The notes: generated from the letters alone by a model not told the origin. Counted from the first letter of the stretch, positions 11,501 through 25,145 are shown. The stretch is 64,000 nt of DNA from Phoronis australis (GCA_002633005.1 NMRA01000222.1:525635-589634), one strand, 5' to 3'. Numbers and translations: made by a program.

Positions 11501-14500
11501 CAAAACTCCCCAGCTCTAATCCACAGTTTATCAATTTATTTCAGACGGTGTTTAATTGTCGAAAATCATCACTAATTTGTAATTTCTCTATTCCACACAA
11601 CAGGACTTTAGATCAAATAGTCCGAATATGTGACTTCACTGTACTGGGGGTAGTCTAAAAGATCTAGTCATTTTGGTTCTAGCCCTTGTCACTTCTCTAT
11701 AGGAAATTGTATTAGATCAAACGTTTTTATTGGAAAATCACCAGTTTACACTGTTCTTTTACACACGTGGTCAACATGTTAATATGTATGGTTGATTCAC
11801 AGATGTTGCAGTATGAGCTTCAGGCATTGTTGAAGTTGAATGGTTAGCATAAATGTGCTAGTGTAATTGAATACCGACCACCATATTGTACATATCTTAG
11901 TTTGGAGTAGTTGTTAGGGGCATGACGAAGTGGGCTCTTACCCACGGAGTGGGCACAAGGGAACAGGCCACCGCCTTTTTGTTTTTTCTTCAATATGAGT
12001 GTAGCATAATCGATTTCCGTCCCTGCACCTTCATGACAACGCACAAATTTATTGATAGAGCACAAGTTGCCTTGAAAAGGGACACGTTTCTGATGTTTTG
12101 AAATTCACAGCAATGCTAGTTTTTCATATAATGAACCTGGGCAATTTTCTGTCTGAAACTGGTACTACTTTGTCACAAAGCAAATTCAAATGGAAACAAG
12201 ACAGGACAGTAAACCAGCGCCCCCTTACCTCGTTTTGCATAATCTCATCATCACGGGACACATCTACCAGATAGGTTGGCTCTATGTATAGGTCACCCTC
12301 ATCACTTTGTCCTCCGTACATTATGCCGGACTGGCTGTCCAGCAGTTTCTTCAGTCGACTGGATAACAATATCACAATTACTGCTGGGACCATTCTAGGA
12401 GTTTGATTTCAGTGAGAACCACTGACTGCACTTGAACATTTTTATTGCCATTCTCCAACATAGAAGTAACATGAGAAAGCTATTGGTAGGCCCAATTAAG
12501 TGTTCATGAATAGGGATTCAACCAGCGTTTTCATGAATTCTATGTAACCACCATGCTGTCAAATAACCAATGTTTTTGGAGGGGTATTGAAACTGGTATC
12601 ATCAAAGTGTCCAATGACAAAATGCCAGTGAAAAAATTTGGGTTTTGTTCTTCCCAACTCTGTCCGCACCGCGAGATTTGAAAATGGAGCAAATGACTTA
12701 AATGATTTCACAATGCTATAAAACTTGAATGTTGTTTGTACTGACCAGAAGGCAATGGCTGCATTTGATTTGCATTTTAGACTCAGTCTCTTGGGTCAAC
12801 CAGCTAAGACATCCGGTTGGTTATTCGCCGATTGACCCAGCACAACCAGTGGAGGAAATGAAATGCACTCATTGGCTTAGTTGATATTGCCGCTTGACTG
12901 TGAATAGATGGCCTGAGGTTAACCACTAGGACACTAAATATCACCTGCACTGGTGAGAAGAAGATGGCATTCCTTTGTTCATGACACCGGTTAAATTGCT
13001 CCCATATGAAATTTAAATCGTTAGCGGTGAAATTAATGCCAAAACCACTGGATTAATACTTGAAGTCAGTTGAATGACTTCAAGAGTACAGCAGTGCCTG
13101 ATCCTGCTAATATGAAGGGAATATACAGCTTTCTGTGAATTCCTAGTCTTTCATTACGTCTATATTACTGCAGCTTAACTCATCAGGAAAAGATCAGTAA
13201 CCAACAGTTTCTTCATTGCAGGTTACTTTGAGTCACCTTCAGATATTCACTAGTTACAGGTGAATCGTATACATTTACACACTGAGAACATGACTAAAAT
13301 ACAAATACTTTCAGTTAATAAGTACCAAGTAATAAAGTGTTGACTAAAAACTCACAACCAGTGTCGCTGACTGCCAATTCGGCCGTAGCTGTCAGATGTT
13401 TGCGGATTTTCGCCATAGAATTCCTTTGTCTGCTTAACTAATGCTTCAACAAGTCTTTGCTAAGAAAAGTAACACACATAAGTTCGTGTACGCACACATC
13501 AGGACAAAATTTATGCAGTTCTTTCTTTGCTTTTGTACAAAACAAAGAAGCCAATGAATCTTTATTTATAATATTATAAGGAAATATTTGCATGTAAGAT
13601 CACTATTATCGCACCTTTTTATCCCCTTTCACTTATTTACCCATCTTTTTGTCTCAATTTGCTGATCAATTTCACTTTGTGTCAACAAATGTAGATTGCC
13701 AAAGTTGATCAAATAACAAAATTTGAATTTTAAGTTAATCTGTGAAATGCACCGAATTGATAAGTCACCTGGTATATTTTCCAAGCTTTCTCTTCATATT
13801 CCCTTCTCTTAGTCTTTTTCCCTGCCACCCACTTACCCAGTTACTCCCTCTCACCCCTTATCCCCCTGTGAGGGCTAAAAACCACCTACCTTCACCGTAC
13901 TGATGACCATAACGTAATCAGGAGCAATGCAAGTCTGGCCGGTGTTTGTGAACTTGCCCCAGATGATGCGTTTAGCAACCATGTCAAAGTTTGTGTTGGA
14001 GGCATCCACAATACAGGGACTGAAAAATAGATGCCCAGTAGAAAATACAAGATTAAAATTGGGACCAGAACAACTCTACAATAACATAAACAAGTGTAGC
14101 ACTCACTCATTAATTTCATCGAGCTTGAATAGTCCTTATTTGCAGGATCAAACAAGCCAAAAAGTATGCAGCCTTTTTCAAGCTTGGTCAATATGATTTT
14201 GACTTCTTAGGTCTACCTTATTCAACATTCCACAATAAGCTTTCAAGCAATGTAGACGGCGACTTTATTTTAGTGCTTTAGTGTACGGCATGAATTATGT
14301 TGAAACGCAGTTCATGGGATACGTTTCTTTTGATCATCATTTGGTAAGAAAACGAAATTTGCTTGGTGAGGGAATTCCCTGAAGATAGCTTGCATTATGT
14401 CATTGGCCAGCAAAACAACGGTATCAATGACATACATGACCAAATGTCATTTGATGTAAGTTTTTAAGATCCAATCTCAAAAAATGCTTCCTATTATGAT

Positions 14501-17500
14501 TACATTTTTGCAAAAGCATTCTAAAAACAATTACTAACAGCATGTACAGCACTGCTTAAAGCACGTTATCTAAAAGTTTCATTATGAATCCGACCGGCCA
14601 TTCCTGAGATATGATGTTCAGAAGTTAGCTAAATCAGAACATTTTTCTGGGTCCTAAATAACCTTAAGATTTATTCAGCGTTGGGTTTTAGAGCAGAAAC
14701 AATAAGTATTTACCTCTTCCCTCCCATTTCCAGGGTAACGGGGGTCAGGTGCTTGCTGGCAGCCTCCATGACAATCTTGCCCACAGTACTACTCCCCGTA
14801 TACAGAATGTAGTCCCATCTCTCCTTCAACAGGGCAGTGGTCACTGGAACGTCGCCATTGATAACTTGAATACATTCCTGAAACACAGAAAGAGCCAGTC
14901 AAGGAAACATGTATTGATCTTAATAGATTCACTGACTGAAATGATACTTAGGAAGGAAGAAAACCTCAAACAATGTTTTGCAGTAGCGATTCCCTTTTTT
15001 CTCATAGGCACACAAATTTCCAAATGATTCATACAGTAACCACATCAAAACATAAAGGCTGAACACTAAAACTTTACTGAGCCTGATCTCAGAACTTCGA
15101 AGAGTTATTGACATACGGTATTTACACACATTGTATTGTGTTACTATACGTTTTTCGCACAACTCATGGTGCCAAGAATGTAGAACTATCAATTATTCAC
15201 TTTCGCTCTGAAATAAAAATGAAACGTGATGTTACGAGAACACCACTAGCTTCTACTCACAGTGTCCAAGTATTCCGGTACAATCCTGGCCAGCAACTCA
15301 GCTGTGTTTTCGGAGATTTCCGAGGGCTTCAACACAACACAATTTCCTAACAACGAAAAGGATGACAAAAGCTAAAGAATGTGAAATTACGAAGTGAGCA
15401 TTTCACAGCTTAACGGCCCACAGCAGCAACGCACATTTAGTACTGACTTAATAAAAGAGATCGAAGAAAAAAAATCAAAAGCCAATACCCACTCATAGCA
15501 TTTTAGCATGACAGCTCGAAGTCTCCCTCCCTAACCCTCCCTCTGTCTCCCGAACTTTCTTCATTACAGAACCATCACTATCCCTCTTACCACAAAGATA
15601 GTGACAGTCTCCCAGGGATATGCCTAAGCCTGAAAAGCCCGGCCGTCAGCTGGGCAAATAAGTCAGAAAATCAAGTCACCCAGCCCAAAGTTGGGTCCCT
15701 TAGCCTTCAAATAGCATGCTTTTCAGGCATCTAAAGTACCATTTCGCATTAGCACTTTCGTCAAACATGCTGCCAAAATGTTAATCAAAAATCATTTTAA
15801 ATGTGCAGATGCCGCCAGCTATTCAGCAGGTCTTATACTAAGTGAGAGTTCCTATCTAACTGCACAGTGAGAGATTCCTTGCACAACAGATCTAACTTCA
15901 AACATTACCTTTGCATCAAACACTGACCTAAATTTTAAAATCTTTCAAGGATTTTGGAGCCAACACTGTGGCTGAGATCAGATGCGATGTATTTGTAGAT
16001 ACTCTATTGTGTGACGTGGTTAATAAAAATTCCTTCCGCTCCTCGCTAAAACGCTGATGCTGCGGCAACTGAAATACATGTTCAGAACTCGCCAAGGTAG
16101 ATCTTTTATTTTAGGCAAGGTAAAAACATTTTTATCATTGCTGCCTAATCCTTCGAAAATGTTCCGTGCCGCTACTTTTTCAAAAATAAACTTGTGGTAC
16201 AGAGTGAAAGTTCGTGGCGGACTATAGTCTTGGTATTCACCGTTCGTGGCGGACTATAGTTTGCAATGCACTGTTCTTGGCGGACTATAGTCTTGATATG
16301 CACCGTTGCCAACAACACGACTGCACTGAGAGCCTGCATAACTAGAAGGATTACAATGTTGCCATTGATCGAAGATATCACGATTCAGACGCAACAGCAA
16401 ATGGGACACAAAACTTAGTTTCTTTGGTTTCCACGTTGTGAAAATGAACACAATTACATGAGAAGCTTGCTTAACCCTGTTCATAAAGCTAATGTCCAAA
16501 TGCAAACACTATAACGAAGAGATGCCACTTAAAATGATAAAACGCTTATACATGTTACTGCTGCTCTGAAAATTTTCTCTCTTCCAGGGCAATCAGCCAG
16601 AAAAGTTTAACTTGTCTTTTAAGTTGCATTAGTGACTGGGCAAGAGGCTAAGTATATCCCCGGGTTCTGTCATCAAATAACACACGGTATGACTAAAAAC
16701 AGACAAACATTTGATATAGTCAGGTGCAACAAAAGACTAGCTGTAAATAGGGTGTCCTAGGTTTACTACCAGCCTGTCCACTCTTCACTACATCCAAGTT
16801 TGAAAGCTGTGCTTGTGGCATTTCATAACACTATCACATCCTTAGCAGCATTTTTGTTGCTTGACGTTGTCATGGTTATCATCACCATGACAGATGTGAT
16901 ACCTGCTGCTATAACTCCCACAAGTACATGTAGAATCAGTTGGATAGGGTAGTTCCATGCCCCAATCACCAACACCACCCCATAAGGATCTCTGTAAATG
17001 ATGGGCGTGTCTAGGGCGCCCAACATGTAGTTCTTTTTTACCTGAAAAGAGACAAATATACTGTAAAACTCACGCAATTCCCAGTGCATAAGTCGGATGA
17101 TCACTCAACTTACACAATGTTCCTTGGCACAGTTGTTCTAGTTCACGCGTGCACTTGACCCTTCATACAAGTCGGATTTCGCCTTACTCGGAAAAAAAAC
17201 GACACCGTAAGGTTAGGTCTGATCAAATTTCCTGAAAAACAGTTCTACAGTGACAAGAACACTTACGAATTAGAACAAAACAATTCTAACCAGAGAAGAG
17301 ATGAGTACTGAGGATTTTTCAAAAAGCAATCACAGCCATCAAGCCTTTTGAGGACTTTCTGTTTTCTATTCCTGGCACAGGGCCAAGGTATGGAAAATGC
17401 GGCAAAATATCACAAGGTTCTCAAATCTCGTCCTTAAAGTGCTTAAAACCACCAATTTCATATCAAGAACACCAAAACACAATTTCACCAGTTGATCAGC

Positions 17501-20500
17501 TGTCAACTTAAAACAACCAAAAACAGTGTTTGAATATGTGTTTTAATTAAAACTAGCTGATCTCCAGTTACGAGCAATTTTTTTGACACATGCTACGTAG
17601 AATCGGGACAACAAATAATAGCATTAGTCATCCTACAGTGGTGTTTAGTGTGAAAAGTTGTCCAATAGTACCGCTCGTTTTCCCAGGGTTTATGGTGATA
17701 TATGGTATAATAAATAAAGGCGAGGCATTGCATTTGTCGTGATTGTGACAGTTCAGTATTTGATCATGCTGTGGCTCTTCAAATTCCGTCGGTACATACA
17801 TGTAATAGAAGTGCTGGCATTGCAGAAGTTTGTACAAGAAACTTGCGCATGAGACAAGACCATGAAACAGTCTGTAATGGCAAACTCACTGATCTGCTCT
17901 GATCTGGGGTTCACCAAGGTGTAGAATATATGACTGAAAGTGTGGAAAGGTCATAATTACAAATAACATTCATCTTCATAAAATTAAGCATTCCAAATGT
18001 CATCCCCCTGCGGTACGTCTTTGACAGCTAGCCTTGTGCATGTTTATTTCCCGACCCTGTGCAAGTAGCTGATGATGTTTTTCTTGATGTAAGTCTGACT
18101 AAATAAGTTTTACTCGTTAAATGTTTTTGACAGGTATTATTTTTTCCTATTTTTCCTATTTAGCATTCTAATACTTTGGAATTAATACACCAATGATACT
18201 TGTTCCTCATTAGTGAAGTATTATTTGGCTGGTTAGAGGCGATAATGACATCAGGTTTAGGACAGTAGGTTTATATTTGAAGACAAAGTACCGAGAGTAC
18301 TACTTCATTTACAGCAATATATAACTATGCTACATAGCAATACAATACTAAAACACCCCCCCTCTTTAGTAAATATGGTTAAACAGTAATGATCAACGAT
18401 GATTACTGGAGCTTGTAGAAGGTGCTAAGTAAGTAAGTATGATTATATACGTCTTATTAACCTAGTGTCCTATATTTAAACACAGTCGTTGTAGCGAGAT
18501 GGTCTTGAAGTCTTCTGCTCAGATCTCCTTATGATGGACTTTGGTTTAGATACTACTAGTCTATTGATATAATCTTCTAACGTGTCGGTAGATGTTCAGT
18601 GAGTAGGCATGTCGTCGCTGAAATGAACACGTTTCGCCGTCATGTCTCGCAGATGGTGTCTGTTGCGGCGAAGTCATTTGTGGTTTCGACGATATAACTG
18701 TCAGGGTTGTCGTCTTGATGTACACTGTACGATGGTTCCCAGGCGCCAAGTCTTGGTTTCTTTGTCGAGGATTCTGACACACTGACCACGAAACAAACTT
18801 GGAAGCGTTTGTTTGAATGAAGTGTCCAGCAGTCCGGTACCGAAAGGTATCACAGAACATCGGATAAGCAAGCCGTCCGGTAATGGTTTCGACATCGAAC
18901 ACCAGGTGACGTCATCGACGAATAGTTGCCAGTGTTTTAAAAATGTTGGTGTGTTCAGGTTTCGGTGCGTTGCTCGCGTCACATGAAATGCTACACACAG
19001 CAATAAACGTGAACGTGAATTTTTTGTAAGTTTCACAATATTCCAGAACCATCCAAGGACCATAAAATTGGTAAAGAATGAGTTACACCGAAGGTCTTTG
19101 TTATTACAGATTTCGAAACCTAAGGATTTAGGTCGTCTTGATTGCCACGTTGAGCCGGCAGTCTGATTCAATTGCTCATAGCAATCGGGACTATTTAGAC
19201 GTAATTTAAAAGGAAACTGTTAGTGTTTTATTCTGAATAAAATTTGGATAATTTTCTATGAGTTGTGGATTAACTTCACAAATAATTCAGCATCAAAAAG
19301 TAAACTTTTATTCTCTAACGAAGCTAAAAATACCCGCTTGGAGCGCTGCTTTTCCTGACGTATTTGGCGGGGCCAAAGTCACTGTGCAGTCAAGTGGCGT
19401 TCTTCATGTTGTCGGAATAAGAAATGTTAGTGTGAAATGTCGGGTCACCAGGCATACCTGTTTGAGCCAGAAGCAACACAAAGTGATACCCAATCGTCAT
19501 CATGGTCAGACGAAAATTTGCCTGTGCAACCAGTCCGTATAAAAAAATTACACTGGTGTGACTGTGTTGTGGGCAATGTGGACTCAAGCCAGCCAGTCAG
19601 CCAGCTGCCAGCCAATACTCATCTCTGTAAACTTGAAGGGTTTGTTAGGTACCGACTATACTTGTGTGGAGACTATCGTACCAAAGTGCGTTGAGCTCCG
19701 TTAACCCCAAAATTTCACACAGCCGTTGACTACACGGATAGAGTTGACTTATGCTGGTCACCTCGTCGTAAAACTTATACTACGTCAACATGTAAAGCTA
19801 ATGGACCGGCGAGGGTGCACGCAAAATCAAGTAGTCACCCGACACTAACCTTGTTCGTTGCAGGCGTTTAAGTGGAAAACAATTAAATAAACGTCATTTT
19901 GTGGCATAATTCGCCGCCTTTTGTACTGTAACAAAGAAGTGACGTCCGTTTCAAAAACAGCACCTCGTGACACGGCACACTTGCCATTTCCTAAAATGTG
20001 AGACGTCTTTTGGGAGATGATGATAGCTTCGCAGCACCAAGGTTGGTTCTAAAATTCGGTTTGCTGATAAAAAAATACTAAAAACTTTTAACGAAAGTTC
20101 CGATAATTTGTTGTGACATGTACAAGTAAGCAACCTAGGTGCCGGCAGCGAAGAACACTTGATAAAACAATCGGGGAAAAGAAACTGGCAAAAGTCAGGT
20201 GACGTAATCGCAAAAAGCCGACTCAAGAGAACGCAACACAAAATTAACGATCGATAACTCTTCCAACCCCAGAAAATACTGCTGAAGTTAGGTTACTCTA
20301 AGAACCTGGTTCCTAGGTTTACTCAAGGATGAGGTTAGTTTTAATGACATTAATTTTGAGTTAGATTTTATGTGTCCATTTTTACCTACATCGGCGCAAA
20401 CCTGTAGGCCTATATTTAGTATATAACTTTGGGCCACGTCTTGTGTAGGTACACTGTAAACCGACAATAGCTGGACCAGGTACATCCACAACATAGAATG

Positions 20501-23178
20501 TTGCTGGGACCCAGAATCACGGTACTGGCAATCAATGTAATATGGCCAAGACATGGGATGGTGTCACCGCTGTGCAAGATGTAGGATTTTGAGCAAGTCT
20601 GGAGGCTGGCCATACATCTGTTTGAAAGTACGAAGTGGTTGTGTGGCGCCTGAAGCACCAGAATCTATCTTCAATCGCAGTAGTGTGGCTGGTTGAAGAG
20701 AGCTTATTTATTTGGTAATTTGTTATTTAGGATGGTATATGCTCCATCTCGTGTTATACTGTCTAGGCATTTGGTGCCAGTAACCAAATAGAAATGCCGC
20801 AACGCCAGTGTCTTCAATAGCATCGATGTTTTTGTGAGATTTCTGTCGGTGTGAGTCGTGGTTCTGATCAGACCGGTTTCTTAATTTGCTGCGTCGTCCA
20901 CGGGAAGAATGACGTCTATGCTGTTGCTGCTGCTGCTGTTGTGCTTTGCGTTTCTTCCACCAGCAAGCTGCCCTGTGCCCTTTGAATCCTCATGACTCAC
21001 ACGTGTCGCAGTAGGCTGGGCACTATCTGGGCTTGTGGTCCAGCCCGCAATTTCTTCAGTATCGTTTCCGGCTTTTCCTGGTCACGCCATGGATCTTTTC
21101 GGGTGGCGCGGCCCATCTGCTGCAACTGATTGTTGCCGGCGCTCATGGCTTCGTATTTCCGACCCTTAACTAGTATATCGGATAGTTTGGCACCTTTCGG
21201 TTTTCCATACAACTCGGAGCGGAAGGCATCGTACGGGGTACTTGCAATGATCATTTCCAACACATGTTCACTAAGTTCTTCATCCAAAAAATCACGTCAG
21301 ACAAGGGCGCATCGCTGCTTTAATTTGTTCGGCTCCCGGTATGTGCACAATAATTAGTTTCTTCAGTCTTCCAAAGTCCTTATTAGTTTCACAACATTGG
21401 TCTCAGGAATAACACGGATAAATGTGTTTTACCGCTGCCACCATGAAGTATCATTTGGCCGGTTAGAGGCAATAATGAAGACACCAGGTTTAGAACAGCA
21501 GGTTTATATTTGAAGACTAAGCACTGAGAGGATTAGTTCCTTCACAGCAATTAATACGCTGCAACAATTTGTCAGTTCTCATTTCTGTTTCATATTGTCC
21601 AGTTGCAAACTGTGCTACTAGACTCAATAGTTGTTGCACTTCCCTAAAACATTCTTCCCACCCCACCCCGGGATCGAATTGCAGGCTGCTTGGGTGGGCC
21701 CATTGCACTGATCACCTTCAACCATTTTGATGCTCTCTAAATATATATAGTTAGAACCAAGCTGAGAAGCTAGAGACCTGACACAAGTAGCTAGCAGTGT
21801 GGCCCAGTGGGACTTGAACCCACCACCTTCTGTAAAGGAAGTGGACACTTAAAGGCTGAGCACAAGGGCACACTGCCTTATCTCTGTTCAACCTTTCAGT
21901 CAATTTTGTTCCTTGTTGTTTTTGCTTGTATTCTAAAATTTCGCTAGTCTTTTCTATCATGTGTACTGTTCTTTATAGTCTTATCTTTTTTCATAGTATA
22001 TCTTGTGTTGTGACATTCTAGTAAGGACTCTATGTTTGTTCACGCCTCCGAGATTTTTCCCTTCTGCTCATCTTACAGTGTATATGGATCTATTGTAGCT
22101 TTTATTCACATCTTAATAAGTGCCATTTTTCAGCCACATGTTTGTAGTTGTACTTTGCAACATTGCTCGAAGCATAACTCAGGCAAAATATATTCCTAGT
22201 ATTATCTGATGGCTTCTACAACTACCAAACGTATTAAAAATTATATGTCCCTGTGAGATCACGGGATTAACTTTTATGGGACGCGTGATTTTGGCTAGAT
22301 TTTTGCAAGGTCATAGCATTACTGAAATCTACCTTGTTGAAGCGATATGTTAAATCTGGTCGTGGTGAAATAACATAAAAACATACCTTCGACAAAGAAT
22401 GAAATGTGATAAACAAAAACGGATGATAATAGAAAATAGTAGTTAAAAGCATTGATAAAAGCACAACCTTTGGCTGATATTTTTTGTTTCCTAACTTAAG
22501 CATGTATCGCCAGGGCAACTTCCCATGTGTAGCGTAATCCTGGCTAAAGCTGATTCCCTTACGCTAGCTGATAACCGTTCGAAACACGGGTCCCAGCTAG
22601 TTACTATAACTTGTAGTTTCGAACTTACATATTCTGGCTTCGTCCATTCACTCAGATTGTTCAAGGCATATGCAACTTCTCCTTGGGCAAAGCCAATCTC
22701 AAATAGGAGCGACTCTTGTTGATGCTGAAATTACAAATGTAAACATTCAACGTTTCTACGTGCGATTTTCAGTTGTTTTTTTGCCTGCTTTTCTATCTGC
22801 ATCAACTTTAAGCTACATATCGTGATGTGTGAATGGCTGAAAATCAAATTAGTTTCCTTTCACTCTAATATTTCAATTACTTGTAAGAACATCAAAACTA
22901 TCAGTGACCCACGAAAACGCTCTCAAAATTTATTTGACTTGACCAACCCTTGAATTGAATTAAACATGGTACATGTATGCATTGCTTGTGAACTGAATTG
23001 AATATCAAACTTCTCCTTTTCGTATGGGAATCACCTTGTGCAAGTCCTTGTAAAGAGCATCAGCCATGTCTTGCTGACATTCACCGAGCATCTTGTGAAG
23101 CGCCCTCAGTTGTTGTTCTCTCCACTCAATGCGCCGAGTGCGACCCGTCTTGAACACAACCCGCATGTCATCGACAAG
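8433..23178 (-). CDS. ALDH3: Class 3 aldehyde dehydrogenase (fatty/aromatic aldehyde dehydrogenase, ALDH3 family), multi-exon gene; N-terminal start exon not resolved
   Basis: Hand-spliced 12 GT-AG exons with compatible phases: 23178-23035, 22724-22629, 17041-16903, 15346-15261, 14877-14714, 14019-13890, 13459-13356, 12358-12229, 10876-10806, 10257-10142, 9323-9191, 8535-8433 (1416 nt, 471 aa + TAA, no internal stops). Motifs present: [34 protein letters not shown] (catalytic Glu), GQTCIAPDY (catalytic Cys), [29 protein letters not shown]. Confidence 0.95.
9191..9323 (-). CDS. ALDH3: ALDH3 exon ([28 protein letters not shown]…)
   Basis: PFGGVG motif in ORF 9121-9390; canonical splice sites. 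Confidence 0.95.
9424..9495. repeat. Short tandem repeat (~23-25 bp unit, CATGCCACATGTGAACA…) x3
   Basis: Three imperfect copies in an ALDH3 intron. Confidence 0.7.
10142..10257 (-). CDS. ALDH3: ALDH3 exon ([10 protein letters not shown]…[10 protein letters not shown]…)
   Basis: KPLA.Y.FS and TSSG motifs; gtgagt donor. Confidence 0.94.
10715..10761 (-). repeat. Partial duplicate of the 3' half of ALDH3 exon 10806-10876
   Basis: Encodes [16 protein letters not shown] followed by AG|gtatt, versus [16 protein letters not shown] in the real exon. Confidence 0.85.
10806..10876 (-). CDS. ALDH3: ALDH3 exon ([24 protein letters not shown])
   Basis: IFGP motif; cccag acceptor, gtacag donor. Confidence 0.93.
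12229..12358 (-). CDS. ALDH3: ALDH3 exon (RLKKLLD…YGG…LYIEPT…IMQNE)
   Basis: Within ORF 12124-12393; gtaagg donor. Confidence 0.93.
13356..13459 (-). CDS. ALDH3: ALDH3 exon (QRLVEAL…[17 protein letters not shown]…)
   Basis: EFYG…YGRI motif; gtgagt donor. Confidence 0.93.
13890..14019 (-). CDS. ALDH3: ALDH3 exon (PCIVD…[16 protein letters not shown]…)
   Basis: Catalytic Cys motif GQTCxAPDY; canonical splice sites. Confidence 0.95.
14714..14877 (-). CDS. ALDH3: ALDH3 exon (ECIQVING…[12 protein letters not shown]…LEMGGKS)
   Basis: NAD-binding TGS motif and catalytic Glu; canonical splice sites. Confidence 0.95.
15261..15346 (-). CDS. ALDH3: ALDH3 exon ([29 protein letters not shown])
   Basis: KPSE motif; ttag acceptor, gtgagt donor. 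Confidence 0.95.
16211..16308. repeat. Minisatellite, 3 x ~32 bp (GTTCGTGGCGGACTATAGTCTTG…CAC)
   Basis: Three near-identical GGCGGACTATAGT cores at ~32 bp spacing. Confidence 0.85.
16903..17041 (-). CDS. ALDH3: ALDH3 exon (…[18 protein letters not shown]…AAG)
   Basis: Within ORF 16823-17104; WNYP motif; canonical splice sites. Confidence 0.95.
18214..21566 (-). mobile_element. Degenerate, internally deleted Ty3/Gypsy LTR retrotransposon in an ALDH3 intron
   Basis: LTRs 21444-21566 and 18214-18355; PBS TGGTGGCAGCGG (21432-21443, complementary to tRNA-Leu 3' end); PPT AAAGAGGGGGGG next to the 3' LTR; remnants of gag (20997-21287), zinc knuckle (NCG..H.P..CPAY…C..C…GH), protease (LKIDSGA ~20660) and integrase C-terminus (~18700-18900); near-TSD ATTAG/ATTTG. 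Confidence 0.85.
21575..21870 (-). mobile_element. Probable tRNA-derived SINE
   Basis: Minus-strand B-box GGTTCAAGTCCC (~21809-21820) preceded by an A-box-like GCTCAG segment; boundaries approximate. Confidence 0.5.
22629..22724 (-). CDS. ALDH3: ALDH3 exon ([32 protein letters not shown])
   Basis: tttcag acceptor, gtaagt donor, 96 nt, phase 0-0. Confidence 0.9.
23035..23178 (-). CDS. ALDH3: ALDH3 exon ([27 protein letters not shown]...DLHK)
   Basis: tttag acceptor, gtgatt donor, matches ALDH3 N-terminal GRTR...QL..L...DLHK segment. Confidence 0.9.
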
Positions 23179-24370
23179 CTAAATAACATAAGCACGAAAC
23201 GTATCAGTCTCCCAGTACATGCGCGCACTCAGCCAAACATATAGGGGTCTCTAACTTTTGGCATTGTGGACATTTTACTAACAAAAAATACTGGTGACTG
23301 AAAAAACGGGGAACCACGCTCGGAGCTATGAATTGTGCATTCTAGGCTAAAAGTCAGAAAATTTGTCAGCAACCCAGTGCCAAAATCAATTGCCTGCTCG
23401 GACACAGACTAAAAGTCAAAAGCCAAAAAATTGACTTTTGGCCATAGACTCTCACTCCTGCTGTGTGAATCAGTTGTCAACTCAGTATCATCTATTCAAA
23501 GTTAACACATTAAGGCTTCTGTCGTCCTTCAAAGGAATTAGTATTGGTCAGGTGGGAAAATAAGGAGGTGACAATCGAGTCGTGGAATTCGTAGCAACTA
23601 CCAAGGTCAAGGAATTAAAGCTGTGTTTTGCCATGGCACATAAAATGGGGTATACATGTATGGACGCGTACAGAAACTAGTGGGACAGCCAGGTTAATGC
23701 TGTAGCTGCCTGGAGCAGAAGAAAAATGTGCAAGCCATCTCCTTGGTCGCAACCCATTGCGTCATATCAACCCCCTCCCCCGATCGATACCTATTTTGCG
23801 CCACCCTTGTCCTATCGTCCATTCGGCGATCTCTCTCATCTCGTCACCATTTTACCACCGTCGGTCGTTTACTACATTCATCACCAACTGTTGTCTAAGC
23901 CAAGTCACAAGTCGGTGCCGCCGCATACTGTTCCATTTTGTTTTCCTATTTGAGAATTGATGCGCAGACACTGCATATTTCTGCAATCCTTTTAACTTCA
24001 AATGTGGACATCTAACAAGCCTTGATACGTGATCGACTTATGTGTCATACTATTGTTGCTTGCTTATTGTGCCATTGGAACTAACATATGTGTGTCTTGA
24101 AATACTTAATGGAATAGAGTTGTGCTTTGTGCCTCCCATGACGATGGACCTATGACTGTATTGTGAAACCATCAGGTTGTTACAGACCGGTGATAATAGC
24201 TTTTGGTGCGTCGTTAGACTGAAGACTGGTCCGAGTTAATCCTTTATTAATCCCGACCGTACGTTCACAAGCCTACTCACACAAGGCGTCCGACGTAATG
24301 TCTGTTTTATGCTCCAGTCAGTGCCGCGAAGCCTTGACTTGTGATGAGTTTCTGAGACACTTTCAGCAAC

Positions 24371-24861
24371 TGTTACACTCGTTGATTCAATAACCTAGAG
24401 TCTATAGCGGCTCTCTGCTGACTCTCGCTGTAACTGCTGATTCTCTTCACTGCAACTCTTTATTTGCTTAACTGTATTTTTCTTTCTTGTTAACTAACTA
24501 ATACAAACACGTGCTTGTGTACTTATAGCCTAATTCATTGTTCTAGAACTTTTCACCAGTTCAAGCACGTTCTAGAACTTTCCTGAATCTACCCAATCCT
24601 TCTACAAACATGTACTGGTCTCTAGAAAATTCCAGTCTGCATTAATCTCTGTCAAGCTAGAGTCTTCTAGAAAGTTCCACACTATAATGCAGTAAACAAA
24701 TTACATAATCACTCTTGACCTCAGTCTACTAGAAAGTTCCACACTATTCTGTAGAAAACAAATTACATCGTCACTGTACTTAACTCAGGGGTCATGTCAA
24801 TCAAGCAGAACAACAAAACAAAACAATACAAATAAAAACAATGTCAGTCCATATTCTGACA
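24371..24861. mobile_element. Solo LTR (491 bp) with repeated TTCTAGAAnnTTC (HSE-like) motifs
   Basis: TGT…ACA termini; near-TSD GCAAC/GCCAC; at least five (TT)CTAGAAnnTT(C) motifs at 24541-24740. Confidence 0.65.
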
Positions 24862-25016
24862 GCCACTGCGAATAACGCTGCTTGACACTTGCTATCCTGA
24901 CAGTAGTTCATGTCACAGGCATGATTTTGACACATCACATAAACATGGCTCATCGCTTAATGAATTGTACATTGACCACTTGTAGTTTAGGCACTGAATG
25001 ACGGATTATTCTAAAC

Positions 25017-25145
25017 TTCCTCAACCCCTTGGACTCCCACATCCCACAACTCCCTCGACCCACGACCCCTTCGACCCTCGACCCACCCTCCTCGACCCAT
25101 TACCCACCACCCCCTCGACCCACGACCCTCAACCCCCTCCACCCA
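25017..25145. repeat. C-rich low-complexity repeat (CCTCGACCCA-like units)
   Basis: Repeated CTCGACCC/ACCC units. Confidence 0.8.

Noticed and set aside
16211-16308. CRISPR-like repeat (GGCGGACTATAGT core x3)
   Set aside because: The 'spacers' are only ~10-12 bp and resemble each other, there are no cas genes, and the context is a eukaryotic intron; this is a minisatellite
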